DNA of 64,000 nt from Spirochaetaceae bacterium (GTDB taxonomy: Bacteria > Spirochaetota > Spirochaetia > WTKD01). Below the pieces are notes generated by a model. The model was not told the DNA's origin and ran no database searches. It worked only from the letters and a program-made list of their open reading frames with translations. The stretch is from NCBI GenBank assembly GCA_011524535.1, contig WTKD01000010.1:1233-65232 (forward strand). Reading direction: 5' to 3'. Each line of letters begins with the position of its first letter. Position 1 is the stretch's first letter. Positions 9,555-19,065 of the stretch are shown here, one piece after another. The translations under genes were made by a program, and so were the position numbers.

Positions 9555-9582
9555 AAGCCGGGTCAATAACGATCCGGTTTTT
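9555..9582 (+). terminator. Rho-independent terminator after paralog E
   Basis: Stem CCGGGTC (9558-9564) / GATCCGG (9571-9577) followed by TTTTT. Confidence 0.55.
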
Positions 9583-9678
9583 ACTTCTATGTAGTGAAAA
9601 AAAAATCTCTTTTGAAGAAAGCGTTTTGCGATTTTTCTAGAATGGAGGATCTCATTGATGCTCTATTGCCTGTTCATC

Positions 9679-10737
9679 CTATCCATGAATTCTTGCAAAT
9701 TGATGAATAACATTTGAGAGTTCTTCAGCCCATTCAAGGGGCACCGCGTTATAGAGCGATGCACGAATGCCACCGATACTTCGATGCCCGCGCAATCCAA
9801 CGAATTTCTTTTCTTTAGAAAAATTCAAAAATACATTGGTTTGTTCTTCTGACTGAAGCCTCCAAACAATATTCATAAGAGACCTATTGCATTCCACCGT
9901 GCTATATACATCAGGGTACTCGTCGAGGGCGTCATAAATAATGTTCGCTTTTTTTGCATTTGATTTTTCAATTTTTCTTACACCGCCCTGCGATTGTATC
10001 CATTGCAGAACAAGGTCTAGAGCACGCACCGCAAATACCGGAGGCGTATTGTACAAAGAATTTTTTTCTACATGGACCCCATAATTCATATAGGCAGGAA
10101 CATCATCGGGAATACGAGCAATCAGATCATTTCTAATAATCACAACCGTAAGCCCTGCAATACCGATATTTTTTTGCGTGCCTCCATACAAAAGAGCATA
10201 TTGTGTCAGATCGATTACCCTACTACCAATATCGCTCGATACATCAACAACCGTATCTAATCCATCGCACGATGGAATACCTCTCCATTGTACCCCTTCG
10301 ATGGTCTCATTGCTTGTATAATGAATATACCCAAGCGGTTCATCGCAGTGCAAGGCTTTTGGAAAGGGCTCATCCTTATGATGTTCCCACACAACTTTTG
10401 CAGAGGCAACCCGTTTCATATCTTGATAAGCCTTTTTCGACCAGCTGCCCGTTATTGTAATTCCCGCCCCCCTATCTCTAGCAAAACAATACGGAATCAC
10501 ACCAAACTGCAAACTTGCCCCACCCGCAAGTAATAACACGCTATGTGTATCTGGAACATCGAGTATGGTACGGATACCTTGTATTGCTCGGGTGTGCACC
10601 TCTTCATACACAGCACTGCGATGCGATGTACACAATAGGGAATATCCCTGCCCCTCAAAATCAAGCATCTCGCTTTTCAGTTGCAGAAGAACCGATGAAG
10701 GAATTGCAGAAGGCCCCGCTGAAAAATTATACACCAT
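9679..10737 (-). CDS. serC: Phosphoserine aminotransferase
   Basis: N-terminus YNFSAGPSAIP and the full-length class V aminotransferase pattern typical of SerC. Confidence 0.85.
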   Translation of the reverse strand: MVYNFSAGPSAIPSSVLLQLKSEMLDFEGQGYSLLCTSHRSAVYEEVHTRAIQGIRTILDVPDTHSVLLLAGGASLQFGVIPYCFARDRGAGITITGSWSKKAYQDMKRVASAKVVWEHHKDEPFPKALHCDEPLGYIHYTSNETIEGVQWRGIPSCDGLDTVVDVSSDIGSRVIDLTQYALLYGGTQKNIGIAGLTVVIIRNDLIARIPDDVPAYMNYGVHVEKNSLYNTPPVFAVRALDLVLQWIQSQGGVRKIEKSNAKKANIIYDALDEYPDVYSTVECNRSLMNIVWRLQSEEQTNVFLNFSKEKKFVGLRGHRSIGGIRASLYNAVPLEWAEELSNVIHQFARIHG

Positions 10738-12230
10738 TACACTAATCCAATACGTCGTGCCATGTTATACAGTACCAGGTCAGATCTGGGATCATGCAAT
10801 ATTTGATTCGTCAGCCGTTTTCCTAGTTGCACCCCTTCCTGATCAAAGCTATTTATGTTCCACAAAAACCCTTGGAACATGATCTTGTTTTCAAAATGTG
10901 CAATAATACTCCCCATGACCTCTGCGCTGAGAGAATCCGCCAGCAATAACGTCGACGGGCGCCCCCCAAGAAATCGTTTGTTTGGATTTTGATTCTCCTG
11001 TCCCCGCGCGAGTGCGACCATTTGTGCAGCAAGATTTGCATTCAATAAAGACTGCTTACGCTGCGAATCCTCCGAAGAATCTAAGGGGTTACGCATACCA
11101 ACAAACTGCAATGGGACGGTTATTGTCCCTTGGTGCAAAAATTGAAAAAAACTATGCTGAGCATCGGTCCCTGGTTCCCCAAACACGATGGGCCCCGTTG
11201 CATAGTCAACCAATTCACCGGTCACATCGCTCTGTTTTCCATTGCTTTCCATGTCTAACTGCTGGAGGTAGGCGCTTAATCTCTGCAACACATGCACATA
11301 CGAAATCACTGCGATCGCAGGATATTCACGGGCATTGCGATAATATACTCCAAGCACAGCGTCTAACAGAGCCGCATTTTCTGTGATGTTTTCCCCATGA
11401 CATAATACATCGCTCCGCTCCATGCCTCTCAAAAATGCAAAAAATTGTTCCGCTCCATACACCAAAGATATGATACAAGCCCCAATGGGAGAGGAGATAG
11501 AATATCGTCCTCCTATAGATTCCTCCATGTACAGAACCGACAGAAAATCGTCTGGTCTGTCCAAACTGCTTTTCGGCGTTGTGATTGCAATTACTTGTTT
11601 TTTACTATCTATATTCAATGACTGAAGATTCGCGTTCGTCTCTTGGGTTGTCCCACTTTTACTCACAACCAAAAACAATGTTCGCTCGGGATTCAACCCC
11701 TTCATCGCAGAAATCAAGGCCTGCGGGTCAACATTCGATACAACACGAACTATGTACCGCTGAGGCAGGTATGACAATGCTTCCATCACTAGTTCGGGAC
11801 CCAATGCCGAACCTCCAATACCAATATGCACTACCGCATCAAAGCGCTTTTCTTGCCATAATTCTTCCGCGAGCTCGCACGCACGCACGTTTTCCACACG
11901 AAATCGTTTCCATACAGGAGATAAAGATGCATTCGGGGCGCTCTGTGCACGAAGCAAATGATGAAGCACCGACCTCTGCTCGCCTATGTTTATTCGCTCT
12001 CCGTTACACATGTCCGCAAATTTTTCACGAACACGCATATCATCCACAATAGAGGCAAAATGGTCGATATGTTCGTTGCCAATACCGGCTGTAGCCCAAT
12101 GGAACTCAAGATTGCCCCCCGCCGTCACGCGATGAGAATCATCCGTTGCATTGTACAATCCCGAGAAATCGAGTGGCATAGAACACAAAGCATTAAAAGA
12201 AGAAAGATCATTCAGTTTTTTGGTAAGCAC
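10737..12230 (-). CDS. pgi: Glucose-6-phosphate isomerase
   Basis: Length 497 aa. GIGGS, SKSGTT.ET and GG.YS..S motifs of the PGI family are present. Confidence 0.85.
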   Translation of the reverse strand: MLTKKLNDLSSFNALCSMPLDFSGLYNATDDSHRVTAGGNLEFHWATAGIGNEHIDHFASIVDDMRVREKFADMCNGERINIGEQRSVLHHLLRAQSAPNASLSPVWKRFRVENVRACELAEELWQEKRFDAVVHIGIGGSALGPELVMEALSYLPQRYIVRVVSNVDPQALISAMKGLNPERTLFLVVSKSGTTQETNANLQSLNIDSKKQVIAITTPKSSLDRPDDFLSVLYMEESIGGRYSISSPIGACIISLVYGAEQFFAFLRGMERSDVLCHGENITENAALLDAVLGVYYRNAREYPAIAVISYVHVLQRLSAYLQQLDMESNGKQSDVTGELVDYATGPIVFGEPGTDAQHSFFQFLHQGTITVPLQFVGMRNPLDSSEDSQRKQSLLNANLAAQMVALARGQENQNPNKRFLGGRPSTLLLADSLSAEVMGSIIAHFENKIMFQGFLWNINSFDQEGVQLGKRLTNQILHDPRSDLVLYNMARRIGLV

Positions 12231-12315
12231 AATTCATTGTCAAACATTTCATCGTTAGTGTGAAGTCTCAAAACGACTGCGTTTACTGCATAGAACGAAC
12301 ACTGTACAGTGTATT

Positions 12316-13068
12316 ATGCTCCTCAAAAATTTCGATATACACATGCAAAACCTTCTGTCTATCCCTGATTTTACCAGAATAGACCCAGGATTGAATGGCA
12401 TCCAGGTTGGCGACATTTCACAACCCATCACATCAATAATCACAGCGGTCGACGCCTGCCAAGCAAGCGTTAAGGCCGCCATCGAACACAAAGCACAGGT
12501 ATTATTCGTACATCACGGTATATATTGGCAAACATTACCCGCAATCACAGGACCTCTTTTTTCACTCCTGCAGGCATTATTCGTCCACAATATCGCACTC
12601 TATGCCTGCCATCTCCCTCTTGACGCCCATCCAGTACATGGAAATAACGCCTGCATAGCAACTATGATGCACCTAACCGCCACAAAACCTTTTGGCATCT
12701 TTTCAGGGGAATCCATCGGTATTCAAGGATCATTGCCAAACCCAATGAGTCTGCAAGATATACATCAAACATATTTTCCCCAGGCATTGGCAACACACAA
12801 TGCAAGAAATAAACCAATAAAAACCGTCGGAATAATATCCGGAGGAGCAACCCGAGAACTAAGCCAGGCGATTTCTGCCGGGCTAGACCTGTACATCACG
12901 GGTGACGCAAACCACCTCATGTACCACAGTGCACAAGAGGCAGGAATTGACTTTATTTGTGGGGGACATTATGCTACAGAGACACTTGGGGTGAAAAGCA
13001 TTTCGAATTATTGCAATAATGAGCTCTCCATCAAAGCAGAATTTGTCGACATCCCCACAGGGCTTTAA
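12316..13068 (+). CDS. NIF3-family dinuclear metal-centre protein (GTP cyclohydrolase 1 type 2 homologue)
   Basis: Length 250 aa. The pattern DPGLNGIQVG...VHHG...GGHYATE is characteristic of NIF3/YbgI. Confidence 0.75.
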   Translation: MLLKNFDIHMQNLLSIPDFTRIDPGLNGIQVGDISQPITSIITAVDACQASVKAAIEHKAQVLFVHHGIYWQTLPAITGPLFSLLQALFVHNIALYACHLPLDAHPVHGNNACIATMMHLTATKPFGIFSGESIGIQGSLPNPMSLQDIHQTYFPQALATHNARNKPIKTVGIISGGATRELSQAISAGLDLYITGDANHLMYHSAQEAGIDFICGGHYATETLGVKSISNYCNNELSIKAEFVDIPTGL

Positions 13069-13071
13069 CCC

Positions 13072-13605
13072 ATGAAATCTTTTGTTTCGAAAAAAATTGC
13101 TGTCATTTTCTTTTCGATTTTGCTCGCTACCTTTGCTCTCGACCAAATAAGCAAAATTATTGTGGTACAGACTATACCCTCCTATCCAGAAAAAGGGTCT
13201 ATAGTTCCTCTTGCAGGAGATTTTTTACGTTTCACCCACGTCGCAAACAAAAACATGGCGTTTAGCCTTGGTTCAAATCTCCCCCCAATACTAAGAAGCA
13301 TCCTTCTATTTATCCTACCCATAGCAGTCCTAGGATGGCTCATATATACCGCATTATTCGATAAAAAACTATCACCCATGCTTAAATACACCCTTGGGAT
13401 CATCATAGGCGGCGGGTTTGGAAATCTCGTAGATCGTATATTCCGCCCATCGGGCGTTGTCGATTTCATCGATGTGAAAACATATGGGTTGTTTGGATTT
13501 GAACGATGGCCCATCTTCAACGTCGCTGATATTGCCGTAGTGGTCGGCGTTATATTATTTTTGATTCTTACATTTACTCAAAGAGGAGAAAAACATGCTC
13601 GGTAA
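13072..13605 (+). CDS. lspA: Lipoprotein signal peptidase II
   Basis: Four transmembrane segments. Motifs N.G.AF.L, GG.GNL.DR and FN.AD (FGNLVDRI, WPIFNVADIAV). Confidence 0.9.
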   Translation: MKSFVSKKIAVIFFSILLATFALDQISKIIVVQTIPSYPEKGSIVPLAGDFLRFTHVANKNMAFSLGSNLPPILRSILLFILPIAVLGWLIYTALFDKKLSPMLKYTLGIIIGGGFGNLVDRIFRPSGVVDFIDVKTYGLFGFERWPIFNVADIAVVVGVILFLILTFTQRGEKHAR

Positions 13606-13858
13606 GACAACAAGGGTCGTTTTGTTTATTATTCTAGCATCAGTCGGAAACATATTGCTCATGGGAACCATTTTTATCATCCTTATGTCGTTGTACCTCT
13701 CTTTCCTTGCTCCCTTGTTTCCAGTTGGAGTAAATACAACGCTCGGGCTGGTATTGTTTTGTGCCTCGGTGGTTCTTACTTATATCGTATACCAGCAAGT
13801 ATTAAAAAAATTCGGCAAAAAACTAAAACTTGATACACTTGTATCAAAAAAAAAATAG
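13595..13858 (+). CDS. Small hydrophobic membrane protein, function unknown
   Basis: 87 aa with two predicted transmembrane helices. It overlaps the lspA stop by 11 nt, suggesting coupling. No recognisable motif. Confidence 0.4.
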   Translation: MLGKTTRVVLFIILASVGNILLMGTIFIILMSLYLSFLAPLFPVGVNTTLGLVLFCASVVLTYIVYQQVLKKFGKKLKLDTLVSKKK

Positions 13859-13865
13859 CCGCCTG

Positions 13866-15470
13866 CTAGTACATCGAAGACGCGCCACGAGTTATATCTT
13901 TTTTATATAACTCGCGGTACACATACCCCATGTTTCGAAGCTTTTCTCTGAGTTCTCTCGGAAAGGGTAGGTATCGCCAGAATACCGATCGAACGTCCCG
14001 TGATAATTTCTGCGTGCCTGTGGATTCCTTGGTCATCCAGAGCACATAATCAGCAATAAAAGATATGCGAATATCCCCCTTGAGCTTTAGGCGCGTGAAG
14101 CATTCGTAATATTGTCCTGTAATCCCTTCTTCCATCCAAAACCGGTCGGCCTTCTCTTTGGCCACTTGCCAGCGTAGGTCTCCCAATGCAGTAATAACCG
14201 CAAATTTGAGATCCCTTGGAAACATCGGAATTGCCAGCCTCCCCTTGCTTGAAGATCTACTGTATTTGTCGAATGGCTCCCAACAAATACCCTGCGAACC
14301 ATAACAAGGAATCAAAAGAAAATACGGCACAATACGCGTTGTGACCCCCTTGAATGTTCGCAAGAACATCCCTCTATCGAGATATTCTAAATCTACAAGG
14401 ACATTATTTACGTTCTCACGTGTAGCAATACTAGATTCTGAAGAAGAAAAATAAGAATTGATAAGAAAGGGAAGATGATTGCCCGATCTTCCAACACACA
14501 TTTTTATCATATTTCTGATATTTTGTACTTCTTGTTCGACGATACTCGCGCTAAATGTTGTCTTGGACGGAGTTTTTTGTCCAAGATCTTCTTGATACTG
14601 TTGTGCTTCTTTTTTTGTGTCTAAATAATCTGCACGACTATTTTTAAACTTCCGATTGGCCAAAATAAGCTCTTGGGCTACCTTTCCCAATGTCGTCAGA
14701 GACATTGCTTGTTCTTTGCTATATGAAAGACTAATATTTTCTCCTGGAGTATTTCGTTCCCTTTCGCAAACACTAGCGATAATCTGTTTGAGAACTTCTT
14801 CCAGGCGCTCCACTTCATTCTGATGGGCTTTCGCAACCGTATGTTTGTGGCTTACCTCACCAACGACTTTCTTTTTTTTCGCTTCCTCGCGTTCTTCTTT
14901 TGTTTTTCTGTATGTATTTACTTCATCCCCACGAGTAGCTGCGATTTCTTCGCGTCCTATTAGAAGTAGCCATTCATCAAGATAGTAAAAAGGATCTTCC
15001 ATCTGTCGTTCTTCAACAACCGTCGAAAGAAAAGATATTTGCTCCTGGGTGAGCAATTGTCCGGAAACAAGTCCGTATCGCAATAATAATTTTAAGGTAT
15101 CATTACCAAAAAAGTTTTTCTTAACGATATGCAGGAGCATATTCCAATACGCAGGAATAAGGCGTAGACGCAATGTTGATCTTTCGCCTGTATCTTCCGT
15201 CGAAAGAAACTGCTTCAACAAAGTATAAAATGTTTTTCCCTCAGATTCTCCCAGCTGTATAATTGTTTTTAAATGTTCTTGTTCGTATTCTATTAATACG
15301 CGGGGAGGAGTGAATAATGTGCTAATTTTGGAAAACTGTTCCGTCGGGGAGACCGAATAGTCATTGTCAAAATCGCTGTTTGTAGGAGCGTCTACGCTTT
15401 CAGAAGAATCACCCGATCCACCATCATCGAATGATGGATCTTCTAAAAAAAGATCGTCTATATCAACCAT
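13866..15470 (-). CDS. Hypothetical protein (acidic N-terminus, charged coiled-coil-like middle)
   Basis: Long ORF. I moved the start to the ATG at 15470 (MVDIDDLF) because the track start at 15524 runs into tRNA-Ala. Confidence 0.6.
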   Translation of the reverse strand: MVDIDDLFLEDPSFDDGGSGDSSESVDAPTNSDFDNDYSVSPTEQFSKISTLFTPPRVLIEYEQEHLKTIIQLGESEGKTFYTLLKQFLSTEDTGERSTLRLRLIPAYWNMLLHIVKKNFFGNDTLKLLLRYGLVSGQLLTQEQISFLSTVVEERQMEDPFYYLDEWLLLIGREEIAATRGDEVNTYRKTKEEREEAKKKKVVGEVSHKHTVAKAHQNEVERLEEVLKQIIASVCERERNTPGENISLSYSKEQAMSLTTLGKVAQELILANRKFKNSRADYLDTKKEAQQYQEDLGQKTPSKTTFSASIVEQEVQNIRNMIKMCVGRSGNHLPFLINSYFSSSESSIATRENVNNVLVDLEYLDRGMFLRTFKGVTTRIVPYFLLIPCYGSQGICWEPFDKYSRSSSKGRLAIPMFPRDLKFAVITALGDLRWQVAKEKADRFWMEEGITGQYYECFTRLKLKGDIRISFIADYVLWMTKESTGTQKLSRDVRSVFWRYLPFPRELREKLRNMGYVYRELYKKDITRGASSMY

Positions 15471-15478
15471 TGAATCAT

Positions 15479-15552
15479 TGGAGGTGACGGGACTTGAACC
15501 CGTGACCCCTTGAATGCCATTCAAGTACTCTAGCCAACTGAGCTACACCCCC
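15479..15552 (-). tRNA. tRNA-Ala (anticodon GGC)
   Basis: The reverse complement reads GGGGGTGTAGCTCAGTTGG...CTTGA-ATGGCAT-TCAAG...GGTTCAAGTCC...CACCTCCA. It folds as a cloverleaf and has the G3:U70 alanine identity pair. CCA is not encoded. Confidence 0.9.
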
Positions 15553-15842
15553 TACTCTTCCATTTGTAACACACTGCATACAGTAAATCAAGCTACTATG
15601 GCTTATTGATAGACATTCTGAAAATTTTAGCAAGAATTTACTTCCTACATTAAAAAGATAAACCTAGGCCTGTCGCCCATCGCCTCTCATACCAAAAATT
15701 GCTTATTTTATACACAGTACTCATTATACTTCTAAAAAAACAGCTACGTGACATCGATTATTCTCTGTCTCTACGCACAAACATGCGCCTGCAATCTTAT
15801 AAAAACCTAGTCCCGAATACCTAACATATACCGATAACAGAT

Positions 15843-15915
15843 TCGGGCTGGGCGGATTTGAACCGCCGACCCCATGTCCCCCAGACATGTGCGCTAGCCC
15901 CTGCGCTACAGCCCG
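15843..15915 (-). tRNA. tRNA-Pro (anticodon GGG)
   Basis: The reverse complement reads CGGGCTGTAGCGCAGGGGCTAGCGCA-CATGT-CTGGGGG-ACATG-GGGTC-GGCGGTTCAAATCCGCC-CAGCCCGA. All four stems pair. Confidence 0.85.
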
Positions 15916-16031
15916 CTTTTTTATTGTAGCCTGCACCCTTATGCGTGTCAGTTAGAAAAGTTCTATTGTTTTTTCTCACCTTGAGTACTATAGTAAAAAT
16001 GCGTCTATACCCAAAGTATCACATGGTGGCT

Positions 16032-17375
16032 ATGAATCAATCATTTCAATCATATCAGTCGCAAAAGCAACAACAAGGATTGCACCATGTCCAAACCCTT
16101 CGAATCGTACAGATGTCAACCAAGGAATTGATTGAATCTATACAAACCGAATTGAACACGAATCCAGCACTTGAAATAGACCCTACCAAAAATAAATCAT
16201 CTTTTTATCGTGACGAACATGGAAACATTGTTTCGCATGAAGAACCCCAGCACAAAATATCATTCCAGGGCTCATTGCCGACCGAATCGATGCCGGACCA
16301 GTTCGCAAATATACCACAAGAACAAGACGGAGAATCGCTTCACGATCATCTCATGTTCCAGATAGAACTATGCCAATTCACCCCCAAGGAAAAAAGACTG
16401 GCGACCATAGTTATTGAAAACCTGGATGAAAATGGGTTCCATATTCTCCCCCCACATCATATAGCAGCAGGGTATTCGCGAGATATCGTAGACCGGGTTC
16501 TCAACGCTCTACAATCGCTAGACCCCGTTGGGATAGCGGTTACAAATACTATCGAATCATTGATTGTACAAGCTCATCAAACCGAACAGTGCCCCGAACA
16601 TTTCGATGCCTTCCTCCGCTCCTTGTTTTCTACAGAATCCACTCAATCCAATACCCCTAGCCGGCTCTCTCTCTCTGAAACAGAAAAAACACAATACATG
16701 ACATTCCTACGCACATTACACCCTTTTCCCGGAAAACTATTTAGTTCAAAAAAAGTACATTACATCAAACCCGACGCAAAAATAATCATCGATAAAGAAA
16801 CCGTCTCCATCGAATTCACGACCCACAACGCACCCCCTATACGAATAAACCCCAAATATCAGGAAATGCTCGAAAAAAAACATACATCGATCGACGATGA
16901 AGAAACCCAAAACACCTCTTTGGATAGAAAATCAGTACGCTCCTATATCCGCAAAGGAGAACAATTTTTGACAATACTTGCGCTTCGAGAAAAGACGAAT
17001 GAACGTATTATTACGCGAATTATTGAACATCAAACAGCCTATTTTTTGCATGGTCTACGCCATCTCAAGGTTTTGAAGATGTATGTATTGGCAGATGAAT
17101 TGCAATTGAGCACTTCAACGATTTCTCGTATCGCAAATACACGCTACGTGCAAACGCCAACCGGTATCCACTCCCTGAGATTTTTCTTCTCGCTCGGGAC
17201 GAATACCCCTCACAAAGCAATTTCAAGAGCAGCCATCAAGGATGAAATAAGACTCATTCTCGAAAAAAATGAAAAACGTCCCTCAGACGAGACCATTCGA
17301 ATCCATTTAGAACAAAAAGACATTTTCATTGCACGTAGAACCGTGGCAAAATATAGGAAAGAACTAAACGTATAA
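16032..17375 (+). CDS. rpoN: RNA polymerase sigma-54 factor
   Basis: Gln-rich N-terminus and a C-terminal RpoN box ARRTVAKYR preceded by an HTH. The start is uncertain among ATGs at 16023 and 16032 and the track start at 15945. Confidence 0.85.
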   Translation: MNQSFQSYQSQKQQQGLHHVQTLRIVQMSTKELIESIQTELNTNPALEIDPTKNKSSFYRDEHGNIVSHEEPQHKISFQGSLPTESMPDQFANIPQEQDGESLHDHLMFQIELCQFTPKEKRLATIVIENLDENGFHILPPHHIAAGYSRDIVDRVLNALQSLDPVGIAVTNTIESLIVQAHQTEQCPEHFDAFLRSLFSTESTQSNTPSRLSLSETEKTQYMTFLRTLHPFPGKLFSSKKVHYIKPDAKIIIDKETVSIEFTTHNAPPIRINPKYQEMLEKKHTSIDDEETQNTSLDRKSVRSYIRKGEQFLTILALREKTNERIITRIIEHQTAYFLHGLRHLKVLKMYVLADELQLSTSTISRIANTRYVQTPTGIHSLRFFFSLGTNTPHKAISRAAIKDEIRLILEKNEKRPSDETIRIHLEQKDIFIARRTVAKYRKELNV

Positions 17376-17384
17376 GGAGTATGC

Positions 17385-17675
17385 ATGACATCAACTATAG
17401 AAGGAATTCATTGGGATTTACCCGATGAGGTATCAGAAACATTGCAAAAAAAACTTGCAAAATTGGAAAAATGGGATCAGGCATTACAATCAATAAATGT
17501 CAAAGTCATCAAAGATTCGAATGAATATGTTCTCGAAGGAATTGTTACATTCTCATGGGGGAGCAATGCAATCGTGAAAAACTCTCATCACTACATCAAA
17601 GAAAGCATAGATGCTTTTGTCGATTCTCTCAGCAATAAAATCAGAAAAGAAATAGACAAATCCCACAACAAATGA
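17385..17675 (+). CDS. hpf: Ribosome hibernation promoting factor / sigma-54 modulation protein (short HPF/RaiA family)
   Basis: 96 aa, lies directly after rpoN as in many bacteria, and has the family-like N-terminal pattern. Confidence 0.7.
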   Translation: MTSTIEGIHWDLPDEVSETLQKKLAKLEKWDQALQSINVKVIKDSNEYVLEGIVTFSWGSNAIVKNSHHYIKESIDAFVDSLSNKIRKEIDKSHNK

Positions 17676-17679
17676 AGTG

Positions 17680-18618
17680 ATGAAAGTATATAGCTTATTA
17701 AGCCTCGGAGAGAAGCATAAAGAAAACTTCTCGTTTAAAGTATTGGTTCATGGTGAAAACCGTAATTTATCCCACGCAACAATGAATCGCCCTGGATTGG
17801 CATTAACAGGAAACTTTCAGATTTTTTCAAACAATAGAATCCAATTGTTTGGAAAAGGAGAGACCGCATTTTTGTATCAGGAACAGCACAATCCGGGTCT
17901 TCTTGTGAACTGCAAAAAACTCATGCAGGAGCCGGTACCATGCTGGATATTCACCCATGGCCTGTTTCCTCCCAAGGCTATCATTGATTTAGCCGATGAA
18001 ATGAAATGCCCCGTATTCTCTTCGAACCTTTCTACCTCGCTATTCGCGATACGCTCAAACCAGATACTCACCGATGAATTTGCCCCGCGAGGAGTCGTCC
18101 ATGGTGTTTTAGTGGACATATTTGGAGTTGGAATTTTGTTAACGGGTAAAAGCGGTATCGGAAAAAGCGAAACCGCCCTAGAACTTATCCAACGTGGGCA
18201 TAGACTCGTCGCCGATGATGCCATCGAAATAAAGAGCATCAAGGGAGGCAACATATTACTCGGCGCAGGAATCCGAAAGGAAGTTGCTCATTTTATGGAA
18301 ATACGAGGGCTTGGCATTATCAATATACCCCATCTATTTGGTACAGGAGCCGTCCGGGAGTCAAAAGTAATTCAACTTATTGTGTATTTAGAAGAATGGA
18401 CCGACACAACAACATTCGATAGATTGGGAATCGAACGCCATTACAAACAACTGCTCGATGTAACCGTGCCTTTTCGCAAAATACCTGTGCGTATCGGGCG
18501 AAATATTGCAATTATTGTGGAAGTTGCTGCAATGAATGCACGCCTCGACAATATGGGATATAATGCGACAAGAGATTTGGACGATACTATGAAGCGTTAT
18601 ATGGAAAAAAATAAATAA
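17680..18618 (+). CDS. hprK: HPr kinase/phosphorylase
   Basis: Walker A GKSGIGKSETALELI.RGH.LVADD signature. A GTG at 17677 is an alternative start. Confidence 0.9.
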   Translation: MKVYSLLSLGEKHKENFSFKVLVHGENRNLSHATMNRPGLALTGNFQIFSNNRIQLFGKGETAFLYQEQHNPGLLVNCKKLMQEPVPCWIFTHGLFPPKAIIDLADEMKCPVFSSNLSTSLFAIRSNQILTDEFAPRGVVHGVLVDIFGVGILLTGKSGIGKSETALELIQRGHRLVADDAIEIKSIKGGNILLGAGIRKEVAHFMEIRGLGIINIPHLFGTGAVRESKVIQLIVYLEEWTDTTTFDRLGIERHYKQLLDVTVPFRKIPVRIGRNIAIIVEVAAMNARLDNMGYNATRDLDDTMKRYMEKNK

Positions 18619-18628
18619 AAGGGTACGT

Positions 18629-18892
18629 ATGACAACCGCAGAAATAACTGTTCTTAATAAATCAGGAATCCATGCAAGACCTGCAGCGCTTATCGTTCAG
18701 ATAGCCGGAAAGTTCTCTTCAGATATTCATTTTGCCCGCGATGAAGACAGAATAAACGCAAAATCAATCCTTGGAGTGATTGCACTTGGTGCATCACACA
18801 ATACAACGCTTACCATAGAAGCCGACGGACCCGATGAAAAGGAGGCCGTCGCCGCACTTGTAGAAATATTTCAGAGCAAATTTAGTTCCTAA
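18629..18892 (+). CDS. ptsH: Phosphocarrier protein HPr
   Basis: 87 aa with the active-site His motif GIHARPA and a regulatory Ser region (INAKSILGV). Confidence 0.9.
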   Translation: MTTAEITVLNKSGIHARPAALIVQIAGKFSSDIHFARDEDRINAKSILGVIALGASHNTTLTIEADGPDEKEAVAALVEIFQSKFSS

Positions 18893-19065
18893 TTTCCTAT
18901 CTTTCCCCAAATACTCGTATAAATTTATACAGTTTCATTTTATGTTCTTATTTTTTATGATAGAATGAACTAATTAATAAGACAAAATTATTCCAATATG
19001 TGCTATGTAAGTAGTTGGAATACGTTACTGCATGCGTATATAAAAATAGTACAAAAGAGGTTACC

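Noticed and set aside
15471-15524. N-terminal 18 codons of ORF 13866-15524
   Set aside because: This stretch overlaps tRNA-Ala (15479-15552) on the same strand. The first ATG downstream of the tRNA (15470) is the plausible start.
15724-15936. 70-aa ORF on the minus strand
   Set aside because: It is almost entirely explained by tRNA-Pro (15843-15915) and its flank, so it is not a protein gene.
15945-18892. The rpoN-hpf-hprK-ptsH cluster without PTS permease genes as something novel
   Set aside because: This regulatory-PTS arrangement next to rpoN is a known, widespread configuration, including in spirochaetes. It is an ordinary core locus.
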